From Reclinomonas americana ATCC 50394 (taxonomy: Eukaryota), in assembly GCA_048213135.1 (NCBI GenBank), contig PS015097.1, positions 424,724-462,407 of the forward strand: a stretch of 37,684 nucleotides of DNA, given 5' to 3'. The position numbers and the translations under genes are program-made. Below are positions 1-10,775 of this stretch, piece by piece. Positions within the stretch are counted from its first letter, which is position 1. The number at the start of each line of letters is the position of its first letter. A model generated the notes under the pieces. It saw nothing but the letters and a program-made list of their open reading frames with translations, was not told the DNA's origin and did not search any database.

Positions 1-577
1 GGTGGAGACGTCAGGGAGAGAGACAGCTCTCCATTTGAGCAGGATCGCGGATCGTGCTACTGAACAGACACAATGAATGAATGAGTGAGCGAGGCAGCCG
101 CGGTTGATTTCCCATCCACACCCCAAGGCCACACATACGCACGTACCTCCAAAAGATGCCCATGTCGCCACATCCAGCAGATCATCTTCTTTCCTTCTCC
201 TCCTCCTCCTCAAGGAGAAGACGATGAAATGGCACAACAGCAATGACTGAGGGCCGCTAACGAAATTCGGTGGAGGCGAACTGGGATCAATAATCGTCCA
301 GCAGATGGAGGAAGGTGGAGGTGCGAGTCGCGCTCCATGAGTGTCTCTTGCATCATCAACCAGAGCGCCTGTGCGGGCAGAAAACCAAACTGATAAGTGA
401 GAGCACGTAGCGTGAGAAGAGAAAAAAGAGAGAAACAGGACGATGGGCTGCTGCGGTGTGGAGGCTTCTCTTTTCTTCGTCTCTTTAACGACCAGTCTTT
501 CTCTCTCTGTCTCTCCCCACACCGACACCGCTTCTTGCGTCAAGTACACGAAGATTGATCTTTCTTCTGTGTTCTGC
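1..577 (-). other. Possible terminal exons of an unidentified gene, or a decayed gene fragment
   Basis: Splice-like signals on the minus strand (…cttgcag| near 577, …cttatcag| near 390, GAG|GTACGT near 147, …gttcag| near 60). One frame reads IAVVPFHRLLLEEEEEKEEDDLLDVATWASFG, but I could not build a stop-free spliced frame or recognise a domain. Confidence 0.25.
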
Positions 578-2854
578 AAGCCAACGGCTCAAAATGGCAA
601 CAACAGCAACCACACACACACGAAGACATTCACTCGTTGCGCATATGCATCGGAAGAATAGAAAACGGGACAAGCGGCGGACAGCACGGCCGTGAGAACG
701 AAGTGGGCGGAGAGAGAAGAGAGAAGAGAAAGAGAGTAGGGATGACGAATGAATGAGGGAAGGAAGAGTGCATAAAGAAAGGATGGAGAAGGAATTGAGC
801 GGGGAAGGGATAAAGAAGGAAGGAGCTCAAGCGGGAAAGAGGCGAAGAAGGAAAGGATGCGATGGGGAGAAGAATGAGGGATCCGGATGGATGAAGAAGG
901 ACAGGAGTGGGGAAGAAGAAGAGGCGAAGAAGGAAGGGATGCAGAGGAAAAAGAGCGGTGAAGAAGAAGAGAGAGCGGGAGTGGGAACAGGAAGAAAAAG
1001 AGAAAGAGGCGAAGAAGGAAGGGATAAAGAGGGAAAGGAGCGCGCGAGGAAGAGGAAGAAAGCCGAAACGATAGGCAGAGAAAGAAGGCAGGAATATGAA
1101 TGGCGGTGATATGCAACGATGGAGGAAAGGAGAGAGGCGCGCGGTAGGAGAGCAAGGGAGACAGGAAGAAGAAAGAGAGAGATAAAAAGGTGGCGTGAGA
1201 GAGATAAAGTCGAGATAGGGAATGGAAGGAGCGTGATCAGCAAACGGCCGATAATCACCGCCACACACGCACACATACGGTGAAGAGGTACATGGAGAAG
1301 GAATAGAGGGAGAGAAAGGAAGGCAGCGGGGGGAAGGGACGCAAAGAGAGAGCGAGAAAGTGTGCAATGCAGGCGGGGCGGCGGAATAACTGCATGAACA
1401 CGCGGTGCACTGGCGAATCCATGCACGAAGACATTCAGGAAGGGGGAAAGGGAGGCGAAGAGAGAGGAAGGGAGGGAGGAAGGGGAAGAGGTAGAGAGAG
1501 CGTGATTCGTGTCGGAAGAATTGNNNNNNNNNNNNNNNNNNNNNNNNNNNNNNNNNNNNNNNNNNNNNNNNNNNNNNNNNNNNNNNNNNNNNNNNNNNNN
1601 NNNNNNNNNNNNNNNNNNNNNNNNNNNNNNNNNNNNNNNNNNNNNNNNNNNNNNNNNNNNNNNNNNNNNNNNNNNNNNNNNNNNNNNNNNNNNNNNNNNN
1701 NNNNNNNNNNNNNNNNNNNNNNNNNNNNNNNNNNNNNNNNNNNNNNNNNNNNNNNNNNNNNNNNNNNNNNNNNNNNNNNNNNNNNNNNNNNNNNNNNNNN
1801 NNNNNNNNNNNNNNNNNNNNNNNNNNNNNNNNNNNNNNNNNNNNNNNNNNNNNNNNNNNNNNNNNNNNNNNNNNNNNNNNNNNNNNNNNNNNNNNNNNNN
1901 NNNNNNNNNNNNNNNNNNNNNNNNNNNNNNNNNNNNNNAAACACACAGGCACAGCGATTCATCACCACCACCACCGTCATTCTCACGAGTGGGAAAGGAG
2001 AAATCAGTTGAACTGTCGGACAGGTGAAATGAGGCAAAAACCGATTGCATGCTGGCCGCCCTCCTGGTGGGTGTGGGTGCGTGGTGGGTGGGGGGACAGC
2101 CGGCTGCTATTGATGCAGGAATAGGGGGCGGGAATTGGGGGGAGGAAGAGAACTCTGCAAGAAATGGAATTGGAGAAAGGGGAAGAAAGGAAACACGAAC
2201 GGGCGGTGAGCGGTGGAAATCGAAGCAATCCGGCATGGCACCGAATGAAATGCAGCCGAGAAATCCGGCAGGGGGATGGGTGGAAGGTGTGAGTGAGATG
2301 AATTGCACGATGGAGTCGATGGAGAGAGTGGAGAAGAGGCACGGCATGCGAAACATTCACACACAGACGCATGCAGCAAGCAACGGTGCGGATTCAGCTG
2401 AAATGATGGACATCGATGGAATAACAGGGCGAGAATGAGGTCGGATTTGGAAACAAAGGATGGGATCACATGGACGGAGAGGGGAAGAAGGATTCTGCCA
2501 GAGGGAATGCGGAATTCAGATGCCGGTGAGGAGCTGCAATGGATTGACTGATGCAATTCCGATGGAAGATTGAGAAAATCGTGGAGGACGGAGGAGAGGT
2601 GGAGCAGGTCATTTGATGCAAGTATCATGTACAAGGAGAGGTGAGGAAGGGTGATACAATGGGGAATCAAGAATTGAGATACTGGTGGGGAGATACGAGG
2701 AGAGACATTTGATTGGTCACTTCCGAATTGACATGAATCGCAGAGAGAGGGTGAAAGGAGAGGTCAAATCGATCATTGGTTGATGGAGGAGTGGGGATGG
2801 AGAGGTGCGAGAGTGTATTCTTGGAGTGGAGTGAGGAAAATAAGAAAGGCACGG

Positions 2855-3345
2855 GTGAGAATTGGGGAGAGGAGATGGAAGGGCGAGAATTGGGGAAGGG
2901 AGATGGAAGGGAGCAAGGGCGAGAATTGGGGAAAGGAGATGGAGAGAGAATAGAATGTGGAAACATTTTCTTGAAGTGAAAGAAAGAATTTGGGCAATGC
3001 AAGAGGTGAATGGTGATATTGATGCAATGATGGAAATAGCTTCAATGCAGAAGGCACAAGGGCGGGTTATTTTGAATACAAGNNNNNNNNNNNNNNNNNN
3101 NNNNNNNNNNNNNNNNNNNNNNNNNNNNNNNNNNNNNNNNNNNNNNNNNNNNNNNNNNNNNNNNNNNNNNNNNNNNNNNNNNNNNNNNNNNNNNNNNNNN
3201 NNNNNNNNNNNNNNNNNNNNNNNNNNNNNNNNNNNNNNNNNNNNNNNNNNNNNNNNNNNNNNNNNNNNNNNNNNNNNNNNNNNNNNNNNNNNNNNNNNNN
3301 NNNGGGCGAGAATTGGGGAAAGGGCGGCGTATTTTGAATACAAGA
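2855..3345. repeat. Degenerate ~33-bp tandem repeat (GGGCGAGAATTGGGGAA… core) flanking an assembly gap
   Basis: gagaattgggga recurs near 2858, 2885, 2921 and 3308; tattttgaatacaag occurs on both sides of the gap (3068, 3330). Confidence 0.7.
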
Positions 3346-3769
3346 GACGTGTGAATGAATAGGTAGTGTGTTTTAAAAGGGGTTGTATTTGAAAGAATCT
3401 GGGCAATTCAAGAGGGGAGTGGCCTATTGAGCGCACTTGTCTCCCTTGACCAAAAGCCACATGACCCCCTCTTTCCGCATCATCTTTCAAAACAAATAAT
3501 AGATTACCTGCAGAAATAAAGTGACATTACTCTTCTGATCAGGGGTTGGGGTATTCTGATGAAAGGAAAGGGCTCTATTCATGAAACACTGCCCAGTGAG
3601 CGCACTTTACACACACAAAACGAGCCAATGGACGCCCTATTTTTCAATCATTGTTGCGAAGGGAAAGGAAGGAGCGAAGCAACATCCTTTTCTTTTTTCT
3701 TTCTTTTCAATTGAGAAGAGAGGAGCCGAAGACTCTCTTCTCTTTGAAAGAGAGAGACTTCCTTTTCTC

Positions 3770-4025
3770 TTTCATCAAGAAAGAGAAGAAAGAAAGTCAG
3801 TCTCTCTCTCACTCTCATCAAGAAAGAGAAGAAAGAGAATCAGTCTCTCTCATCACTCATCAAGAAAGAGAAGAAAGACAATCAGTCTCTCTCTCGCTCT
3901 CTCATCAAGAAAGAGAAGAAAGAAAATCAGTCTCTCTCTCCTTTCTCATCAAGACAAAGAAGAAAGATAATCAGTCTCTCTCTCTCACTCATCAAGAAAG
4001 AGAAGAAAGTTTCACTCTCAAAGAA
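3770..4025. repeat. ~40-bp minisatellite (TCATCAAGAAAGAGAAGAAAGA…ATCAGTCTCTCTC), about 6-7 copies
   Basis: Units can be read directly at ~3772, 3815, 3857, 3902, 3946 and 3989. Confidence 0.85.
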
Positions 4026-4767
4026 AGCCCATGAGAGATGAAAGAAAAGAAAAAGAAGAATCGAGTCAGGAACAAGAGAGGAGAAGAGAGAGACGAATCA
4101 TTCTCCATCTGTGAGAGAGAGTGAGAGAGAAAATGGAGAGAGAGAAAATAAATGACCGCCTCTCTTTTGAATCATCCTACAAAACAAATGATAGATCACC
4201 GTGGCAAATCAAAGGGCATTACTTTTCTGACCAGGGATGTGGGCATTCANNNNNNNNNNNNNNNNNNNNNNNNNNNNNNNNNNNNNNNNNNNNNNNNNNN
4301 NNNNNNNNNNNNNNNNNNNNNNNNNNNNNNNNNNNNNNNNNNNNNNNNNNNNNNNNNNNNNNNNNNNNNNNNNNNNNNNNNNNNNNNNNNNNNNNNNNNN
4401 NNNNNNNNNNNNNNNNNNNNNNNNNNNNNNNNNNNNNNNNNNNNNNNNNNNNNNNNNNNNNNNNNNNNNNNNNNNNNNNNNNNNNNNNNNNNNNNNNNNN
4501 NNNNNNNNNNNNNNNNNNNNNNNNNNNNNNNNNNNNNNNNNNNNNNNNNNNNNNNNNNNNNNNNNNNNNNNNNNNNNNNNNNNNNNNNNNNNNNNNNNNN
4601 NNNNNNNNNNNNNNNNNNNNNNNNNNNNNNNNNNNNNNNNNNNNNNNNNNNNNNNNNNNNNNNNNNNNNNNNNNNNNNNNNNNNNNNNNNNNNNNNNNNN
4701 NNNNNNNNNNNNNNNNNNNNNNNNNNNNNNNNNNNNNNNNNNNNNNNNNNNNNNNNNNNNNNNNNNN

Positions 4768-5345
4768 CTTTTCTTTCATCAAGAGAGAGAGACTTTCCTT
4801 TCTTTCTTTCTTTCATCAAGAGAGGGAGTTTCTTTCTTTCATTGAGAGAGAGAGTTCCTTTCTTTCATTGAGAGTGAGATTTTATTTCTTTCGTTGAGAG
4901 AGAGTTTCTTTCTTTTTTTCATTGAGAGAGATAGAGTTTCTTCCTCTCCTTTCTTTCATCAAGAGTGAGTTTCTTTCATTCCTTTTCTCTGAATGAAAGA
5001 AAGAAAGAAATAATTCAGTCTCCCTCTGCATGAAGGCAAGAAAAGAAAGAAACTGTCTCTGAAAAAAAAGAAAGAAAACTCCCTCTCTCAAAGAAAGAAA
5101 AGAAAGAAACTCACTCTCTCTCTCTGTTGGTGAAAGAAAGGAAAGAATCAATCTCTCTTGATGAAAGGAAGAGAAGAAGAAAGAAACTCTCCCTCTCGAA
5201 GGGAAAGGGAGTGAGCGAAGCGACCTCCCTTTCTTTTCTTTTCTTTTCTTTCATTGAGAGTTGTTCCTTTCTTTCATTCTCTTTTTTCTTTCTTTCTTTT
5301 CTTTCATTCCGAGAGAGAGTTTTTTTCTTTCCTTTTCTTTCATGC
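4768..5345. repeat. TC/GA modular repeat of the same TCAT(C/T)(A/G)AGA family, with internal inversions
   Basis: tttcatcaagagag modules lie on + at 4770-4980 and their reverse complements (ctctcttgatgaaag) at 4990-5200. A perfect 12-bp inverted repeat TTTCTTTCATTC/GAATGAAAGAAA sits at ~4970-5002. Confidence 0.7.
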
Positions 5346-5704
5346 GGAGAGAGACTGAATTATTCTGGCGATCACTGGTAGATGCTCATTGTTGTATTTG
5401 TTAGTGAAGTTTCTATTATTGNNNNNNNNNNNNNNNNNNNNNNNNNNNNNNNNNNNNNNNNNNNNNNNNNNNNNNNNNNNNNNNNNNNNNNNNNNNNNNN
5501 NNNNNNNNNNNNNNNNNNNNNNNNNNNNNNNNNNNNNNNNNNNNNNNNNNNNNNNNNNNNNNNNNNNNNNNNNNNNNNNNNNNNNNNNNNNNNNNNNNNN
5601 NNNNNNNNNNNNNNNNNNNNNNNNNNNNNNNNNNNNNNNNNNNNNNNNNNNNNNNNNNNNNNNNNNNNNNNNNNNNNNNNNNNNTCTCTGCATGAAAGAA
5701 TGAA

Positions 5705-5920
5705 AGAAAGAGAAGAGGGGCGAGAAGAGATATGTGGAGGAGGGAAAAAGTGATTGATTATACAATCACAGAAGAAAGGGAAGAAGAAGAAGGAGATATG
5801 TGGGGGAGGAAAAGGTGAGTATACAAGGATGATATCCTATGGAGAAAAGGGAAGAAGAGGGAGAAGAGATGTGTGGGGGAGGAAAAGGTGACTATACAAG
5901 GATGATATCCTATGGAGAGA
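5705..5920. repeat. ~72-bp tandem repeat, about 3 copies
   Basis: gagat(a/g)tgtgggggaggaaaaggtga…tatacaaggatgatatcctatggaga is repeated at ~5790 and ~5865, with a more diverged copy at ~5725. Confidence 0.75.
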
Positions 5921-6872
5921 GATGATCTCATTTCCACCCCTTTGTGAGATCGACTCGCCCTCTTCAATCATGGAATACACAATCGCACATTCTCTACAAC
6001 ATGCATGGAAAGTGACGAATGAACCAGCCTGATGGAACAAGAGATACTGGAACACACACGAGTGGAATGCGTGAGGGGTGGGAGGGAAAGAGTGAGTGAA
6101 ATCGATTCCACTCCACAAATCGCATTTCTCCATGAACAGACATTGACTGACTCTGTCCAATCACATAATGCACACTCCCTGTCAATCAAAGAGATGACTC
6201 GTGCAGCTAAAAATAGCGCGCACAGTAACATCATCACGAATCACTGCACGCACCCTCCTCCCACACAAACTGCACACACCCCACTCCCAGTCAATCTCCT
6301 TTTCTCTACTATTGACCAAGAAAGTCACGCATCCCAATAACAGAGAAATTGCGTAGATGNNNNNNNNNNNNNNNNNNNNNNNNNNNNNNNNNNNNNNNNN
6401 NNNNNNNNNNNNNNNNNNNNNNNNNNNNNNNNNNNNNNNNNNNNNNNNNNNNNNNNNNNNNNNNNNNNNNNNNNNNNNNNNNNNNNNNNNNNNNNNNNNN
6501 NNNNNNNNNNNNNNNNNNNNNNNNNNNNNNNNNNNNNNNNNNNNNNNNNNNNNNNNNNNNNNNNNNNNNNNNNNNNNNNNNNNNNNNNNNNNNNNNNNNN
6601 NNNNNNNNNNNNNNNNNNNNNNNNNNNNNNNNNNNNNNNNNNNNNNNNNNNNNNNNNNNNNNNNNNNNNNNNNNNNNNNNNNNNNNNNNNNNNNNNNNNN
6701 NNNNNNNNNNNNNNNNNNNNNNNNNNNNNNNNNNNNNNNNNNNNNNNNNNNNNNNNNNNNNNNNNNNNNNNNNNNNNNNNNNNNNNNNNNNNNNNNNNNN
6801 NNNNNNNNNNNNNNNNNNNNNNNNNNNNNNNNNNNNNNNNNNNNNNNNNNNNNNNNNNNNNNNNNNNNNNNN

Positions 6873-8353
6873 CTCGCCGCAGGCACATTGACAACCTCCG
6901 CAACCTCGTCGTCACTCGCATCGTCATCCACATCGTCATTCGCTCCACCCGTCCCACTGGCACCCTTGCCCTTCTTCTTCTTGTTCTTGTTCTTCTTCTT
7001 CTTGCCGCCCGTGGCGGTGGCTGTCGCCGCGACGGCCACGCCAGCACCGTTCATGCTTCGCTTCGCCTCCTCCTCCAGCGCCGCCACCAGCGCCACCGCG
7101 GCCGCATTGGCCTGTGACGCCTGAGCGGCAGTCGGCTGCAGTTGCGCAAGTGCCGTGGGCCGCGAGGCCAGTGCCCGGTTGATGCGGTCGATCATGCTGA
7201 TAAGCTGCGGGTTGTGCGGTGCGATCTTCAGGCAGTTCTGCAGCTCCACCAGCGCCATGGGGTAGTGATGTTGCGCCTCGCACGCCTGTGCTTTCCGGAA
7301 ATGCGTCTTCAGCATGAACGCCTCGTTGGGCGCGTCCATTTGTGCGAGGAAACGCTCCACCGAGATGCAATCGGCCAGCGCCAGCGACCATTGACTCTGT
7401 GCACGGGGGATGGTGAGACACGCGAAGACGACAACGACGACGAGGATCTGTTTCGTAATACTCACCGTCTCCAAAAACACCTTGGCGCGATTCAACATGA
7501 GTGGCACCACATAATCGTCCACCTTAGCTGGATCGCCCAACTGCAGACCACCACTGCTCGTGCCTACTGGCGACACTCCCAGCGCCTCCAGACCCTCGGT
7601 GAACGACAACACTGCCTGCGCATGCATGCCGCGCGAAAACAACGAGTTTCCTTCCGTGTTGCACAGGTACGCACGCTCGTGCCGTTCCTTCTCGGCCACC
7701 AGGTTGTGGTAGAGTTGTCGCAAAAAGATGGATGCCAACACAATGCCAAAGTACGTCACCGTCTCCTCTAGTCGCTGATTCAGTGGCATGTGCTCGTCCC
7801 GGCAGTCTGCGTACAAGCACGAACGGCACACGGGGCGGCCCCAGCTGCGCAAAAAGCACACCTGCGTCCGATGGTACATTGAGTCACAAGCACTCTCGTC
7901 GTGTGCAAACACACACACACACACACCTCGGGCTTGCTGAGGAAGCACTTGACGCACTTGAACCAGCGCTGGTACAGAATGACCGTGTTGAAGAGTGGTG
8001 GCACGTGCTCCTCTTCCTGCACCGTGTCCAGCTCGCTCTCCTGCGCAGCACGTCAGTGATTCCGCCGCAAGTCTCACTCTCACTGGTCCCTGCCACGACT
8101 CACCTCATGCACGTACTTGGAGCTGGCCGGCACCAGGCACTCACGACGGTAGAAAAAGTAGGCCAGAGCGCGGGGCGCTGGCACCTCCCACACACCGCGA
8201 GACATCATGTCGTCAAACAAGGCCGACACCAACGTCAAGAACAACGGGAACGAGCAATCAAAGTCGTCGTACTCGTCCATGGTCGGATCACCCTCGCCAT
8301 CCTCGTACTCGTCGTGATGCGCCAGCGACCGCTTCGCTCGCAGCTGCACCTGT

Positions 8354-8385
<32 letters not shown>

Positions 8386-9398
8386 GCGACCCTCACGTCG
8401 CCGCAGACGCAGCGCGCTATCCTCCTCATCGTCGCCATCCTCATCGTCGTCGTCATCATCATCATCATCATCGTCCACATCTCCATCATCGTGCCCATCC
8501 ACACCCCCTGTCGTCTTACCGGCCGCAGCCGCACGCTGCAAACGACGCTTCCGTCGCCGCTTCTGTCGCTTCGACAACGCCGTCGACGACGACGACGACT
8601 TACTGTCGGCCGACGCGCCAGCACCAGCACCTCCCCCACTGCGCGCCGCCGCCGTCGCCGGTGCAGCAACAGCCGGAGTTGCCGACGCCACCGGCGGCGG
8701 TGGCGGCTTCATCGGCACAATGAGGCTCTCCACCGATTCCACAAACTCGCCCAGATTGACGCGCACAATGCGGCTCTGGAAACACACGCGAGTCAATGAA
8801 GGGATCGCACAACTGAACACGCGTTGTCTGCTAACAATACACATGCTCACTCTCACACACTCTCATACACACAACGCAGAGTGCAGTGCGTACACACCTG
8901 ACCAGCAAGGACCCACGATGCTGCCGCCGCCGCTGCCGAGGGCGACGGGAGAGACGGCGACGGAGGTGACGAGGACGATGACGCAGCATTGGCGCCATTG
9001 GCCGTTGCCGTCGCAGAAGCAGCGGAGGCGGAGGAGGAGGGCACAGCCGCAACTGCCGCCAGTGCCACCTGCGCCTGCTCGACCGTGAGGCGACTGAGTC
9101 GCGCACGCCGGCGCATGCACAGACGACGATAGAACTCGCTCAGTGCCGGCAGCGAGTGCGTCTCGCTGACAGAGACCACTGATGCTGCGGCTACTGAGGA
9201 GGAAGAGGCAGGAGGGTGGTGGCCATGTCGGCTGCCACCTTTGCTCGCTGATGCAGGCGCTGGTGGAGGTGAGTTGCTGGGGCGTGACTGCGCAGCGAGT
9301 GGCACTGGGGCCAGGCTCAGCAGCTTCTCCCACAGGAGGTAGTCGGTGGGGTCGGCGGGGTTGGGCGTGCTCGGAGAGAACTCAATCACGCGCTCCAT
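6873..9398 (-). CDS. TPR-domain protein (3-TPR co-chaperone-like unit) with a Cys/His Zn-binding motif and poly-D/poly-Q/poly-K tracts; 3' end lost in a gap
   Basis: ATG at 9398 and four GT-AG introns give a continuous frame. TPR helices: YLCNTEGNSLFSRGMHAQAVLSFTEGL, VPLMLNRAKVFLET|SQWSLALADC, LKTHFRKAQACEAQHHYPMALVELQNCLKIAPHNPQL. The spliced motif CVKC-x17-CRSC-x4-C-x3-H precedes them. Confidence 0.8.
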
Positions 9399-9647
9399 GG
9401 TGGACGTGGAAAGACAACCCAGAAAAAGCCTCTTTCACGCGGGAAAGAGAGATAGAAGAGCGGGGAGGTCGAGAGAGATTGATAGAGAGCGTATGTGCAG
9501 CTCTCGTCTCTCTGCGCCTCTCTGTGTGCCTCTTCTGTGTGTGTAAGAGTGTGCGTTGCGATGGAATGGCGGGAGTGCATTGTACCGCGCGGGTAATGTC
9601 CTTCCTTACTCTATCGCAACCGCACCGCGCAGTCGTCACACACAAAC

Positions 9648-10473
9648 ATGGGGTGAGTCTGTTGCCTGTTGCTCTTTGTGTTGCTGGCATGCGTGTGTGC
9701 GTGTGTGTGTGAGTGCGATGAAGCGCTGTGGAGTGGGGTGGCACATGTTGATGTCCATGTGCATGTCGTCGTCGACCCGTTCACTGACCGCGCCCCTCCC
9801 TCCCTCCCTCTCTCCCCCACTCCCATTTCCATTGTGCCTCACAGCAAGGGTGCGTTATGCGATGCGAGTGTGCTTCCTCTTGTGTGTGTCAACGCCCAGT
9901 GACCTAATTTGGATCCCTCTCTCTCTCTCTCCTCTCTGCTCACAGTCCACGGATCACTCTCGCGTGCCGGCAAGGTCCGCTCGCAGGTGAGCCAACAGCG
10001 CAGACACAGAATGTCCCCATAATCTCGCTCTCTGGTGTGCAGTGATTGCTCACTGTCATCTTTTCTCTCTCTCTCTGCAGACCCCCAAGGTCGACAAGAA
10101 GGAGAAGCCGCGCTCCAAGCTCGGCCGCGCCAAGAAGCGCATTCAGGTGTGTAGCTACGCGGGGCAGGGAGTGGGTGCGGGGGAGTGAGTGAGTGAGTGA
10201 GAGCGATGGACATGGATGGCATGTCTGCTCTCTCTCCTCTGCGCACGTGCGTGTGTGTGTGTGTGCTCACTTGTTTGTTTGCCTTGCAGTACCGCCGTCG
10301 CTTCATGAATGTGGTGGCTGGCCCTGGTGAGTGTTGGCGATTGTGCATGTGTGTCATGAGTGATCTCCTTCTCAATCATTCTCTTCTGTGAACGATCAGG
10401 CGGCAAGGTGATGGGCCCCAACAAGCTGGCCATGCAGCAGAAGCGCGCTGGCATCGAGCCGACTGCTCCTTAA
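9648..10473 (+). CDS. RPS30: 40S ribosomal protein eS30, not fused to a ubiquitin-like domain; 6 exons: 9648-9652, 9845-9849, 9946-9986, 10081-10146, 10290-10326, 10400-10473
   Basis: Spliced product [75 protein letters not shown] matches the eS30 signature. All introns are GT-AG. Confidence 0.97.
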
Positions 10474-10775
10474 ACACCGTGCCAGGCAGGACTGCTCTCA
10501 CCCTCGCTCTCTCCACGCCGGTGCTTCTTCTCATGTGACATGTATGATGGTGTGGAGGCTGCGTAAGAACTCTCTCTTTGCCACTGCTTGCCATTGCGTG
10601 TGGAAGTGCTTGTGTGTGGGAGTGTGCGTGTGCGTGTGTGTGATTCTGTTTGCCAACGGGCGCGTCTACTCTGTTGCATAAAAACCACAACAATTTCACA
10701 AGACCTCTCCGTGTGTGTGTTTGTGTTATCCTTTTCCTTTATCACTCTTCTCACGGCTGTGTGCGTGTGTGTGGA

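Noticed and set aside
1940-3082. ORFs 2049-2438 (+) and 2107-2670 (-)
   Set aside because: No recognisable domain or consistent exon chain; composition-driven open frames.
9715-9790. C/D-box snoRNA-like GCGATGA…CTGA in RPS30 intron 1
   Set aside because: The C box is imperfect, there is no convincing terminal stem or recognisable rRNA guide, and CTGAC is also the common branch-point motif here.
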